Shown here: positions 41,356 to 52,719 of the stretch, in pieces
Numbering within the stretch: the first letter of the stretch is position 1
How the letters are laid out: each line of letters begins with the position of its first letter
From: an uncultured Planctomycetota bacterium
Lineage (GTDB): Bacteria > Planctomycetota > Planctomycetia > Gemmatales > Gemmataceae
Direction of reading: 5' to 3'
DNA length: 64,000 nt
Assembly (NCBI GenBank): GCA_963849325.1
Contig: CAWKHF010000002.1
Span: 896,001 to 960,000, forward strand
The notes under the pieces: model-generated
What the model was told of the DNA's origin: nothing
The model's input: the letters and a program-made list of their open reading frames with translations, nothing else
Database searches by the model: none
Program-made: the position numbers and the translations under genes

Positions 41356-44300
41356 ATGGACATTCTTCCGATTCAGGCACCGACCGGCCGGAAAGGGCTA
41401 CGCGACGTGCGCGGCCGACCGTATGAGCCGGCCATCGGGCCGCGTCTGAAAATCCTCCTGTTCGTCGTCTTCGCCGCCGCCGCCGTCCTCGGCGTCACCG
41501 GCGTCTATCTGCTCGCCATCGACGTGCTCGAACGAGTCAGCGGCCGCACCTACACCAATCCGTTCACCTTGCGGATGTTCGTCATCCACATCCTGGTTGG
41601 ACTCGGCATCCTCCTGCCCTTTCTGGTGTTCGGCTGCACGCACCTGCTGACCGCCCGCAAACGCAAGAATCGTCGGGCCGTCAAGCTGGGCATCACGCTG
41701 TTCGTCACCAGCCTCCTCGTCCTGGCCAGCGGGTTGGCGCTGATCCAGCTGTCCGGTCTGCCGCAGCTGCCGACCGGCAGCATGGCGCGCTGGATCGTGT
41801 ACGTCCTGCACGCCGTTGCGCCGGCCGCCGCGGTCGTGCTCTATGTCCTGCACCGCCGGGCCGGGCCGGACATCCAGTGGAAGTACGGTTACGCCTGGGG
41901 CGGCGTCGTCGCCGTCTTCGTCGCCGCCATGATCGTCCTGCACTTACAGGATCCGCGTCCGTGGTTCGCCGTCGGCCCGCGCGAGGGCGAAAAATACTTC
42001 GAGCCGTCCAAGGCGCGAACCGCCGGCGGCACCTTCATCCCCGCCAGCGCCCTGATGAAAGACGAATACTGCATGCAATGCCACCCCGACGTGTACAATC
42101 AGCACTTCCACTCGGCGCACCACTTCAGCTCGTTCAACAATCCGCCCTATCGCTTCAGCGTCCGCGAGTCGCGCAAGATCCTCGATGAGCAGGGCATCCC
42201 CCGCGCCTCACGCTGGTGCGCCGGCTGTCACGATCCGGTGCCGTTCTTCTCCGGCGCCTTCGACGATCCCAACTTCGACGACGAACATCACCCCACGGCG
42301 AAGGCCGGCATCACCTGCGTCGTCTGCCACGCCATCACCAACGTCAATAGCACCGAGGGCAACGCCGCCTACACCATTGAAGAACCGCTGCCCTATCCCT
42401 TCGCCTACAGCGACAACCCATTGCTGCGCTGGTTCAGCAACCAGGTGGTCAAGGCCAAGCCGGACTTTCACAAGAAGACGTTCTTGAAGTCGTTCCACCG
42501 CCGCGCCGACATCAACTCGGAGTTCTGCTCGACCTGCCACAAGGTCAGCCTGCCGGTCGAGCTGAACCACTACAAGGAGTTTCTGCGCGGCCAGAACCAT
42601 TACGACACGTTTCTGCTCAGCGGCGTGTCCGGCCACGGGGCGCGTAGCTTTTATTATCCGCCGAAGGCGAAGAACAGCTGCAATCAGTGTCACATGCCGC
42701 TGCAAACCAGCAACGACTTCGGCGCGAAGGACTTCGACGACAGCGGCGTCCGCAAGGTCCACGACCATTTCTTTCCGGCGGCCAACACCGGCCTGCCGTG
42801 GATCCTCGGCCGGATGCCCGAACACGCCGCCCACGCCGAGGGCTTCCGGCAAGCGGCCCAGAAGAACGCCGACTTCCTCCGCGGCACCGACCCGCAAGGC
42901 AAGGACGCTTCCCTGCGCATCGATCTGTTCGCCCTCAAGGAAGGCGGGACCATTGATGGCCGATTCCTCGGTCCGTTGCGGCCGGAGTTGCCGAAGCTGA
43001 AACCGGGGCGAAGCTACCTGGTCGAAGTGGTCATCCGCACGGTCGGCATGGGCCATCCATTCACGCAGGGCACGGTCGATTCCAACGAGGTCTGGGTGGA
43101 CTTCACGGCCACGTCGGCCGGCGCGGTCCTCGGCCGCTCGGGCGCCCTGACGGGTCGGGACGACAGCGGCGCCGTGGACGAATCGGCGCATCGGCTCAAC
43201 GTTCTGATGCTCGATCGCCACGGCCAGCGCGTCAATCGCCGCAACCCGGAGGACATCTTCACCCCGCTGTACAACCACCAGATCCCACCGGGCGCGGGCC
43301 AGGTCGTCCACTACGAGTTGAAGGTGCCGGCCGACGTAAAAGGCCCCATCGAGCTGGCGGTGCGGGTGCGCTATCGCAAGTTCGATTTCGAGTACATGAA
43401 GCTCGTTTACGGCAGCATCGACAAGGTGCCGAAACTGCCCATCGTCGATCTGTGCGCCGATCGCGTCATCCTGCCGGTCGAGGGCGTCGCCGACAAGGTG
43501 CCAGAGCAGATCTCGCCCATCAAGCCGGCCTGGCAGCGCTGGAACGATTACGGCATCGGCTGTCTGATCGAGGGTGGACCCGAGGAGAAAAAGGGAGAGC
43601 TGCGCCAAGCCGAAGAGGCGTTCAAGAGCCTTTTGAAAGCTTATCCGAAAGAGGCAGCCGGACACGCTTACCTGAACCTGGCCCGCGTCTACGAGAAGGA
43701 AGGACGATTGACCGAGGCGGTTCGGGCGCTGGAGAAGGCGCGGCAGGCCGAGCCTCCGGTCCCGTGGTGGACCCTAGCGTGGCTGAATGGGATCGTCACC
43801 TTACAGAACGCCACCGAGCGCAAGGACTTCGACGCGGCCATCGCCAACTTCCGCCGCATCTTCGATCCCGACAACCAGGAGCGGTCTCGCGGCTTCGACT
43901 TTACGAAAGATTACGTTGTCCTCAACGAGCTGGCCCGCGCCTTGTACGACCGGGCGCAGATCGAGGGCAACAACCCCGCGGCCCGCGATCCCTTCCTGCG
44001 GGAGGCGATCGACACCTACGAACGCACCCTGCGCCTGGATTCGGAGAACTTGCAGGCTCATTATGGGATGCACCAGTGCTTCCGCCTACTCGGCCGGGCC
44101 ATGCCGAGGACCAAGCTGCCCGACAAGCCAGAGGAGACTGACGAAGCGTCCATGCAGGCGCTGGCCCGGACCCTGATCGATGCCACGATGGACAAACCGG
44201 CACGGCTGGAGGCGGCCGGCCTTCTCGCTCGGAACATCAGCCGCCTGGGAAGCGAGCCGCTCTCGGTGAGTCAGCCGAAGCGCATTCGCTTCGAGATGCT

Positions 44301-44532
44301 GCTGTCCCGAATCGGGCCGTACTTCCATCGGGAGGACGAGGCCGAGCTGAAGGCGGCGGCGGCGCACGTGCTCGACAAGCTGCACCAGGAGATGCACGCC
44401 ATCTTCAAGCCCGACGACATCGCTCAGAGCCGCGCCGTGCAGGCACACCGGCAGAAACACCCCGCCGCCGACCACGCGGCCGAGTCCATCGTCATTTATC
44501 CGCTGCACCGTCCCGGCGCGCCGGGGTTGTGA
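41356..44532 (+). CDS. Membrane-anchored pentaheme c-type cytochrome with TPR repeats
   Basis: About 5 N-terminal TMs; five CxxCH (CMQCH, CAGCH, CVVCH, CSTCH, CNQCH); RWNDYGIG followed by TPRs. Confidence 0.88.
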   Translation: MDILPIQAPTGRKGLRDVRGRPYEPAIGPRLKILLFVVFAAAAVLGVTGVYLLAIDVLERVSGRTYTNPFTLRMFVIHILVGLGILLPFLVFGCTHLLTARKRKNRRAVKLGITLFVTSLLVLASGLALIQLSGLPQLPTGSMARWIVYVLHAVAPAAAVVLYVLHRRAGPDIQWKYGYAWGGVVAVFVAAMIVLHLQDPRPWFAVGPREGEKYFEPSKARTAGGTFIPASALMKDEYCMQCHPDVYNQHFHSAHHFSSFNNPPYRFSVRESRKILDEQGIPRASRWCAGCHDPVPFFSGAFDDPNFDDEHHPTAKAGITCVVCHAITNVNSTEGNAAYTIEEPLPYPFAYSDNPLLRWFSNQVVKAKPDFHKKTFLKSFHRRADINSEFCSTCHKVSLPVELNHYKEFLRGQNHYDTFLLSGVSGHGARSFYYPPKAKNSCNQCHMPLQTSNDFGAKDFDDSGVRKVHDHFFPAANTGLPWILGRMPEHAAHAEGFRQAAQKNADFLRGTDPQGKDASLRIDLFALKEGGTIDGRFLGPLRPELPKLKPGRSYLVEVVIRTVGMGHPFTQGTVDSNEVWVDFTATSAGAVLGRSGALTGRDDSGAVDESAHRLNVLMLDRHGQRVNRRNPEDIFTPLYNHQIPPGAGQVVHYELKVPADVKGPIELAVRVRYRKFDFEYMKLVYGSIDKVPKLPIVDLCADRVILPVEGVADKVPEQISPIKPAWQRWNDYGIGCLIEGGPEEKKGELRQAEEAFKSLLKAYPKEAAGHAYLNLARVYEKEGRLTEAVRALEKARQAEPPVPWWTLAWLNGIVTLQNATERKDFDAAIANFRRIFDPDNQERSRGFDFTKDYVVLNELARALYDRAQIEGNNPAARDPFLREAIDTYERTLRLDSENLQAHYGMHQCFRLLGRAMPRTKLPDKPEETDEASMQALARTLIDATMDKPARLEAAGLLARNISRLGSEPLSVSQPKRIRFEMLLSRIGPYFHREDEAELKAAAAHVLDKLHQEMHAIFKPDDIAQSRAVQAHRQKHPAADHAAESIVIYPLHRPGAPGL

Positions 44533-44550
44533 GCAGGTCGATCTCAACGG

Positions 44551-44608
44551 CGAGCGGGGGGCGTAAGCCCCCTGTTGGACGCAACAGGGGGCTTACGCCC
44601 CCCGCTCG
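44551..44608. repeat. REP-like palindrome (second copy at about 46571-46636)
   Basis: GAGCGGGGGGCGTAAGCCCCCTG...CAGGGGGCTTACGCCCCCCGCTC. Confidence 0.85.
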
Positions 44609-44632
44609 CCCGCTTTCCGGAGTCATCGATTT

Positions 44633-46550
44633 ATGTCTTGCTCTTGCTGCAAAATCTCCTCGATCACCTGGTTCGTGTGCGGTCTACTGCTCCTGGGCGG
44701 CGTTGTTCTCGCCGCGCTTCATGCCCTGGGCGTATTCAGCCCGGCCCAGACGTCGGCGCCGGTCGGCGATGCCGGCACGGTCCTCGAGCGCGAGGCCGTG
44801 CCCGTGCCTCCGGTACGCTTCACCGACATCACCCAGGCGTCGGGCATCCACTTCGTTCACGACAATGGCGCCACCCACAAGAAACTGCTGCCCGAGACGA
44901 TGGGATCGGGCGTGGCCGTCCTCGATTTCGACAACGACGGCAAGCCCGACTTGCTGTTTGTCAACGCCCGCCCCTGGCCCGGTCAGGAAAAGTCCAACGT
45001 CCCGCCGCCGACCCTGGCCCTGTATCGCAACGAAGGCGGCGGCGCCTTCCGGGACGTAACGAAAGCGGCGGGCCTGGCCGTCTCGATGTACGGCATGGGC
45101 GCGACCGTCGGCGACTACGACAACGACCGCTGGCCCGACCTGTTCGTCACCGGCGTCGGCGGCAACCATCTGTTTCACAATGAGGCGGACGCCAACGGGT
45201 CCGGCGGACGGCGCTTCGTCGAGGTGACGGCGACGGCCGGCGTTGGCGGTTCGGGCGGTTGGCCCGACAAGCCGCCGGCCGACTTCTTCCAGTGGGACCA
45301 ACCTCTCTGCTTCTCGACTTCCGCCGCGTTCCTCGACTACGACGGCGACGGCAAGCTTGATCTATTCGTCTGCAATTACGTCCGCTGGTCGCCGGCCTAC
45401 GACCTCAGCATCGGCTCCAAGCTCGACGGCAAGGAGCGGACCTACGCTCAGCCCAGGCAGTTCGACGGAGCGCTGTGCTTGCTCTATCACAACGAGGGCG
45501 GCGGCAAGTTCGCGGACGTATCGAAGGAAAGCGGCGTGCAAGTCTCCGAGCCGCAGGGCACCGACCACGACGCGCCGTTGCGACCGCTGGGCAAATCGCT
45601 GGGCGTCATCGTCTGCGACGCCGACGAGGACGGCTGGCCCAACATCGTCGTCGCCAACGATTCAGTGCGCAACTTCTTCTTTCACAACCAGCCCGGTCCC
45701 AACAGTTCGCGCGTTTTCCATGAAATGGGCCAACTTGCGGGCATCGCCTATGCGAAGGGGCAGGCGCGCGGCGCGATGGGGATTGACTGGGCGCCGTACT
45801 ATCGGCCTCGTTGCAATGCGCTGCTCATCGGCAATTTCGCCGACGAGCCGGACACGTTCTTGTGTCAGGACGAGCCGAAGGAGTTGATCTTCTCGGACAT
45901 GGCCCTCGCCGAGGGCGTCGCCGGGCCGAGCCGGATTCCCCTCAAATTCGGCGTGTTCTTCTTCGATTACGACCTCGATGGCCGGCTCGATTTCCTGACG
46001 TGCAATGGTCATCTCGATCCCGGTATCGGCAAGTTGCAGGCCGGCCAGAAGTACGAGCAGCCGGCGCAACTGTTCTGGAACATCGGCCGGCAGCCGCGGT
46101 TTCGAGCCGGTGACGGAGTACGCGACCGGACCCGATCTGTTCCGTCCGCTCGTCGGCCGCGGCTGCGCCTATGCCGACCTCGACGGCGACGGCGATCTCG
46201 ACGTGGTCCTGACCGGCAACGGCGGGCCGGCGCGCGTACTGCGCAACGACAACAAGCTCGGCCTCCACTGGGTTCGCCTCCAGCTGGAGGGCGACGGCGT
46301 CCACTCCAACCGCAGCGCCATCGGCGCGCGCGTCATTCTGGAGTCTGGCGGCGTCGAGCAGCGCCGCGAGGTCGCCGCCGCTCGCGGCTATCTCAGCCAG
46401 AGTGAGCTGACCGTGACCTTCGGTCTCGGCAACGTCAAGCAGATCGACCGTATCACCATCCACTGGCCGGGCAAGGGCGCCGAGGAGCCGACCGTCCTCG
46501 AAAAGCCGGCGATCGATAAGGAACACACCGTCCGGCAAGGCGTGAAGTGA
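44633..46550 (+). CDS. CRTAC1-family (FG-GAP repeats + ASPIC/UnbV) protein, frameshift near 46090
   Basis: ETMGSG, DFDNDGKPDL repeats, C-terminal SNRSAIGARV..GYLSQSE..FGLG. Confidence 0.9.
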
Positions 46551-46643
46551 GAGCAATAGGACCAAGCCCTCGGAGCGGGGGGCGTCAGCCCCCTGAGCGA
46601 TGCAGATCTCAGGGGGCTGACGCCCCCCGCTCCGAGGCTTGCC

Positions 46644-46919
46644 TTAATTCGTTGGGCTGGCGCAGCCGTAGCGCAGCGCAGAGCGCGGCGCGGCCGTCAC
46701 GACTTCGCGGCGCAGGCGGCGACGAAGCAAGTGCAGATCTTCGTCGAGCTTTTCCAGAAGGAGGGCGGCGTCGGCCGTTTGTCCCGCGGCCAGGTGCTGG
46801 CGCATCTCGACCAGGCCGCGCCGGGCGATGGCGAGCCGGCGGTCCACCAACTGGCGGAGCGGAGACAGCAGCACCGGGATGGAGTTCGTTTCGGGAACGC
46901 GATCGGAAAGAACAAGCAT
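46644..46919 (-). CDS. Hypothetical protein
   Basis: Helical-looking 91-aa ORF in an intergenic gap; no recognised motif. Confidence 0.4.
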   Translation of the reverse strand: MLVLSDRVPETNSIPVLLSPLRQLVDRRLAIARRGLVEMRQHLAAGQTADAALLLEKLDEDLHLLRRRLRREVVTAAPRSALRYGCASPTN

Positions 46920-47200
46920 GAGAGGGTCTCGCAACAGCGAACCGAGGCATGCCGGAAGACAACGCACCGCTGCCCGTGAGCGGTCCCTCCCGATCGGGAG
47001 GCGACTCCGGCGGACTCACACAACTGCGTGCGAGGCAAACAGCCAAGGTGCGTAATCAGAGAGTTGTGTGCGGGCAAACGCCCACCCGAGTTCGGTTTCC
47101 TTACCGTTGGCCTTCGAACTGCCGCGAGATTCCTTCTCACCTCCGAGGCGTAGCGGACCTCTTGTACAACAAAGGGCCGATCCGGAGCAAGAGCACTTTT

Positions 47201-50200
47201 TTATGGACGGCGCGACCGCCCTACGGTCAGGGGGATGCCCAACCGCTCCAGCGGCACCGGAAACAGGAGCGTCTCGCCGGCTAGTTTGGCGGCAACACGT
47301 TGTCCATTCGGCAGCTGCCACCACGAGGTGCGATGGATGACGTCGCGCTCCGCCGACGGATGGGCTTCGGTCTTCAGAACGTCCTCGACGTAGGCCACGA
47401 TGGTTTTCTCCGTGTCCAGCTCGACCTGGAGCAACTGTTGCCCCGATCCGATGGCCCGGTCGATGGTTTGTTTGCGCGTCCGAGGGGGAGGCGGCACGCG
47501 CAGATCGCGCAGCAGGTGGTCGGCCATCGCGTTGGCCGGATCCTGCTGGGGACCGCCGCAGAGTAAGAGCATGGGGATGCGATAATTGAGAGTGAGGTCG
47601 CGGAACCAGTTGGACAATTGCACGCGGTCGGCGCACGATCCCAGCCACCCGTCCACGCTGAGCCAGACCGCGGCCAACACGCGCTGACCTTCCGAGAGTT
47701 CCCCGGGTAGACGCTTGGCGCCCGGAGCGGGATCGAGAATACGACGGCACTCCGAGGCCAGCCAGAGGGTGCTGAGCGTGGCCGACTGGCCCGCTCCGAC
47801 CAGGATCAGGTTGCCGCTATTGACCGAAGATTTCGGATCGTCATTCTGGCTGTCCAGGTACGATCGCGCCGCGGCGAGGTCCAGGATGAGAAAGTACGAA
47901 TACAGCGGAGGGAAATAACGAACGTCGATCGAATCCGGCAGGGCGATCTTGCCTTTGCTCTTCCGGGAGGTGCGATACTCGGGAAGGTTGTCCTGGTTGG
48001 CTTTCTGCTGCCAGAAGAAATTGTTGACCGAGTTGCTTTGTCCGTGTCCGCGGAGATCGAACGTCAGGACCGTATGTCCCGCCGTTTGCAAAGCGACGGC
48101 CAATCGACGCCAGTTTTCTTCCAGACGATGCCGGCCGACCCCGATGTCGTGGACGAGCAGGACGCAGGCTCCCTTTTTCCCCTTCCGGCCGGGGTAGAGA
48201 GTGCCTTTCAACGTCACGCCATCGATGGAGTCGAAGCGGATGGTCGTCGGTTCCTGCGGGATGGCGGTTACATCTTCGGAAGGCTTCGCCAGCGGTTTCT
48301 CCACCGTCAGCGCGATCTCTCTCTCATCGATCTTTTCCCCCTCGACCAGGGCGAGTACCTTCACGCTGCTCCGTCCCAACTCGGCCCGCGCCCCCGCCTC
48401 GATGCGCACGGTGCCGAACGAGATCTGGGCGGCGATGGCGGCGGGATCGGCCGTCACACCGGCCGGCAGGCCGTCCAGGCGAATTTCGACAGGGCCGTCA
48501 TAACCCTCGCGCTGCACGAGTACCCGCAGCTCCTCTCTCTGGCCGGCTGGGACTGACACCGAATCGGGCACGTTCTCGCGCTTCAGAGCGACGCGCGGCG
48601 CTGCTTTCTCGATGTGGAAGAACAGCGGCGCGGTATCGGCGATCGCGTCGCCGACCCGCAGCGTCAAGGTGATCGGATGCAACTCCTCCGGCGTGGCGTC
48701 GGCGGCGACCGTCAGCTTCAACGCCGGGCCGGGCAGCTCCTCCTGACGCACGCCAGGCGGCAAATGGTCGAACCGCACGGTGAGCGGTTCCGGGCATTCC
48801 TTGCGGTCCACCTTGGGCGTGAACACCTTCGTCTCGCCTGCCTTGCAGTGGAGTTCCTCTCGTTCGAGCAGGACGGGACGGGGAACCTTGCGTACCGATA
48901 AGCGGAATGGCTGCTCATCGACGCGCTGCGTCCCTTGCCAGAGGGAGACGATCACGCTCCGCGACGGTAGCTCCAGGTCCAGCGGAGCCAGCAGCAGGAG
49001 CGGGACGGTGTCTCGGTCAGCGGCCAGGGTCAGCGGCGGAGCTTTCATGTCGTCGGGTAGGCCGTCCACCTGGATCCGCAGCGGTTCGGTACAATCGCGG
49101 CGCTGGACGGCCAGGAGGACTTCGCGCTTTTGCCCGCCCTTGAGCCTCACGTCCTCGATGCCCTCCAGGTGGGGTCTCCGTGGCAGGGACGGAGTTGGAG
49201 TTGGGGACTGTCGAAGGAAGGACCAAACCAGGAGATTGACCGCCAGGAAGCTGACCAGTGCCAGCGCCCCCAGAGCGGCCAGCCAGCCCGGCCGCGACAG
49301 CATCGACACGACCGAATCCATAAGGGAAGAAGGAACTAGGGAATAGGGACGAGGGACTCGGGAAGAGCCGCCTTCTTCCCTAGTCCCTAGTCCCTCGTCC
49401 CTAGTCCCTGTTATCAGCGGTAAGTCCGGCGTCGTCACGGCCAGAGACGCGGCCCGAGACGTGGTCTCGCCCATGACTTCTTCCGCCGTCGCCCCCAAGA
49501 GGACGCCCGCAGGCGCAACGACTTCCGCCGCAACGACGGCGCGGACCTTCCGCGCCGCCGCAGCGGACTCGCCCAGCAAAGCATGGATCTGTGCTTCCTC
49601 GCTGCCCGTCAACGGCCGAACGACTTTATCGCTTACCAGCTCATCGAGCGTCGGCACCACCAGCAGCGGACCCTGGCTGGCCAATAGGAGATGTCCCACC
49701 AGGCGCGCGCGTCGCGGTCCTTCAAGTCCCACAGCTCGCGCAGCAAACGCGACTGGCCCGGCTGACGAAAATCCTCCTCGCGGAAGAGCAAATTCTCCAG
49801 GTTGTCATAGCGCTGCCACAATTCCATTCCGCCGACTTGCACGCAGCGCAGGGCCGTGTAGATGAGCAGGTGCGAAAAGCGATCGACCTGGCTGTCGTAG
49901 GCCCCTTCGCGCAGCCGCTGCGGATGCTGATAGTTGGGATGTCCGACCTCGCCCGATGGCGTGTCGGCCAGGGCCGGCACGAACATGCCGTCGTAGTCGA
50001 TCAGCTTCAAGGCCAGCGAAGCGCTCTTGCTGCCGGGTACCAGCAGGACGTTGCCGTGCTGCAAGTCGCCGTGCGCCATGCCGGCGTCACGCAGCTCCCG
50101 ACCCAGGCGAATCCACAAGTGCGCCAATCGTTCCAGCAGCCCCGGCTTGTCCAGATATTCGCGGATGAATTCGTTGAGTCGAAAGCCTTCGACCCAGCGC

Positions 50201-50535
50201 ATCTTGACGAGGGGATAGGCTTGCCCGCGGACAAAGATGCCTTCTTCCAGGTAGCGGAACTCGACCATGAAGGCGCGTTGGGTCTGGCGGAGATGGTCGC
50301 TGATGGCCTGGTAGCGTTGGTGCAGCCCGGCGACGGGGCGAGTGAAGCACTTGACGGCCCAGCTTTGCTGGTCCGCTCCTTGCACCTGGTAAACATCGGC
50401 GAAGTTGCCGGAGTGCGGTCGCGGCAAGCCGAACGGGTCGCCGACCACCTGGCCCTGGCGCAGGTCGTCGTCGCCAAAGCACAGCCGTGGGTTCTGTACG
50501 GCGGCGTTGTAATCCGTTGCTTGCGGCCAGGGCAT
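47201..50535 (-). CDS. Ser/Thr kinase-like protein with TM helix, Ig-like repeats and C-terminal alpha/beta-hydrolase-fold domain (frameshift near 49705)
   Basis: SGNFADVY, WAVKCF, HGDLQHGNVL, LIDYDG; TM WLAALGALALVSFLAVNLLVW; repeated V.R....P....GLP.GV; FDLRGHGQS. Confidence 0.85.
49323..49409. repeat. Heptamer-unit (AGGGAC(T/G)) imperfect palindrome inside the kinase CDS
   Basis: AGGAACTAGGGAATAGGGACGAGGGACT...AGTCCCTAGTCCCTCGTCCCTAGTCCCT. Confidence 0.8.
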
Positions 50536-50567
50536 CAGCGACACTCCTTATCGGCGACAAAAAAATG

Positions 50568-50695
50568 AACCACAGATGAACACAGACAAACACAGATAAA
50601 AAAGAGAGGAAAAACGTGTCGGGTCACTCAGCCGACTCCATCCTCTCTTCTGTTTTCTTTTTTTTATCCGTGTTCATCTGTGTTCATCTGTGGTT
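50568..50695. repeat. Inverted repeat of tandem 9-nt ACACAGAT(G/A) units, related to 654-750
   Basis: AACCACAGATGAACACAGACAAACACAGATAAAAA ... TTTTTATCCGTGTTCATCTGTGTTCATCTGTGGTT. Confidence 0.85.
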
Positions 50696-50712
50696 GATTA
50701 CTTCTTAGGATC

Positions 50713-51496
50713 TTACAGACTCACGGCCAACAGGGTGACGTCGTCGTTGCGCAGCTGGCGGGCGCGCGCAGATCCTCGATCCAGGTGGCGAAGGCTTGCT
50801 GGGCGGCAACCTCGTCGCTGACGGCATGCAGCAGCGGGTCGAGGGCCAACCAGGGTTTGCCGCCGGCCTCGATCTGGACCAAAAACCACTGCGCCAGCGC
50901 ATCGGTCATCATCCAGAAACGATCGCGCGGCCGACAGTCGCCCTGCTGTTGAAGACCCTTCTTGTGCGGCACTTCGCCGGGCGAGGTCCGCGAACCGACC
51001 AGCCAGGGGGCGTTGCTGAAGTCGGCGGCGCGGGTGATGGGGAACGAACGTACCAGCTCGCCTTGCCGCACCTGGAACAGACAGCTATCGCCGACGGCCA
51101 GGGCGTGCCAACCCGTCTCCTCCACCACCAGGCCGAGGAAGGTGGCGAAGGCACCCTGCATCAGACCCGGTTCGAGATACCACGGGACGCCGGCTTCGGC
51201 CGACCCCGCCAGCCAGGAACGCCCATCGGGCGGCCGATTCACCTGCGCCGACCAGCGTTGTTGCAGCGACGGCAGCCAACTCGACCAGTTCGGCAGCCGT
51301 TCGCTCTGACGCACGAACTCCTCGACGAGCAGATGCGCCACAGGGCGGAATGCGGACTCTCGGCGGCGCCGTCGGCGATGGCGAAGCGGCCGCGCTCCGG
51401 ATCGCCGGTCGAGGCGTCCTGGCATTCCTCCAGGAGGTAGCCCTGACGCGGCAGACGGAAAGCGCGATAGCCGAGGGCGAGTCCGGGGACGGGCAT
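50713..51496 (-). CDS. PP2C-family protein phosphatase (frameshifts near 51345 and 50765)
   Basis: ECQDA, RFAIADGA, AVGDSCL, MMTDAL, NDDVTLL spread over three frames. Confidence 0.85.
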
Positions 51497-51499
51497 GGC

Positions 51500-52340
51500 T
51501 CACCTGAGGTTCTTGAAATCGACGCGCGTGCCAATGTCCAGAAAGCGGACCACCGAGGCCAGGTCGGCGTTGAAGACGAAGCCGCGCGAGTCGGCGTTCA
51601 CGGCCAGGCCCGACTGCCGCGCCGAGTTCTGCATGACCGGCGGCAGACAACTCGACATGCGGAACAGCCGGCGCGCGGCGCATCGGGCAGACCCTCCTCC
51701 TGATCGGGAAATTCGATCGGCGCTCCGGACGGGAAGAGATGTGGGCGTTGAACAGGAGCACGGCCCCATCCTCGCTGGCCAACTCGCGCAGATGCTGGGC
51801 CGACTTCTCCGGATCGCCGTCGGTCGCCTCGCCATCGGTCAGGTTGACGACCAGCGGCGGATAGCAAGAGGGGTGCTCGATGAGGAAATTCGACAGCACT
51901 TGCGCGGCGCGCTCGAAGCACTTGCTCATCGGCGTCTTGCCGTCGGCGACCGGCTCGAACCACAGCGGCGCCTTGACGATCTGCTCGACCTGTCCGCCGC
52001 GGCCATCGTCCACCTTGTTGACGCGCTGCTCGACGCGCAGCGGGCAGCGAGCCAGCTCGCTGATCGGCACCAGTTCCCGGTTGGCCAGCGCCCCACCGAG
52101 GCTCGGCACCACCTGCCGGCCATAGCCGAGGACGCCGACGTGGAAGCGGTCGAGCACGGCCTGCCCCCAGACGCAGCGCAGCACCAGCGTGTACAGCAGT
52201 CGGTTGAGCGAGTCGGCCACGGCGTCGGCTTTTTTCTTGCCGTCGCCGCCGGGGATCGGTCCCAGCATGGACTTGGACTGGTCGATGAGAAACAGAAAGC
52301 ACGTCGGGTTCGAGCGGCTGATCTCCGCGGAATAAGGCAT
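51500..52340 (-). CDS. TerY-like vWA domain protein (frameshifts at about 51680-51725)
   Basis: MPYSAEISRSNP..FLIDQSKSM, GKTPM, NLTDG, LLFNAHIS, LFRMSS.LP, GFVFNA..FLDIGT. Confidence 0.85.
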
Positions 52341-52524
52341 GGAAGTCGCCTCGGTGACGGGTCGCAAGTCGCCTGTCCCCAATGGATCGGGGAGATGGAA
52401 TTATACCCTGCCCCCAGGCGGCCTCGCAAGCGCCGCGCGCCCGAACCAGCGCGCTCCTCGCCGTGTCGCCGCGCAGGCGGGACGCCCGCGCTCCGCGGCG
52501 CGGCGCGGCGAAACGAGAACACCG

Positions 52525-52719
52525 TCAGCGTGTCCGTGTCTCCGGAGAACCTGCGTCCTCCGTTGCACTGGGCGAACCGAGTTCCTCGCGCTGAATTTCC
52601 ACGGAGGCCGGCGCGGTGAAGCCAAGGCGGACCCTGCCGCTCCCGATCGCCACCACCGTCACGTGAATGTCGCCTTGGATGACGACGGTCTCACCGAGTT
52701 TGCGGGTCAAAACCAGCAT
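52525..52719 (-). CDS. csrA: Carbon storage regulator CsrA family
   Basis: MLVLTRKLGETVVI..VRLGFTAP..V.I.REEL; GGAGG RBS. Confidence 0.9.
   Translation of the reverse strand: MLVLTRKLGETVVIQGDIHVTVVAIGSGRVRLGFTAPASVEIQREELGSPSATEDAGSPETRTR

Noticed and set aside
46970-47110. Possible c-di-GMP-I riboswitch (two GGCAAAC motifs, CACACAACT/AGTTGTGTG stem)
   Set aside because: Lacks the GNRA-capped P2 and the GACGCAAAG junction, and orientation does not match a downstream gene
50721-52382. 553-aa vWA-phosphatase fusion in the ORF track
   Set aside because: Produced by frameshifts; the vWA C-terminus (stop 51500) and the PP2C start (51496) are present in other frames
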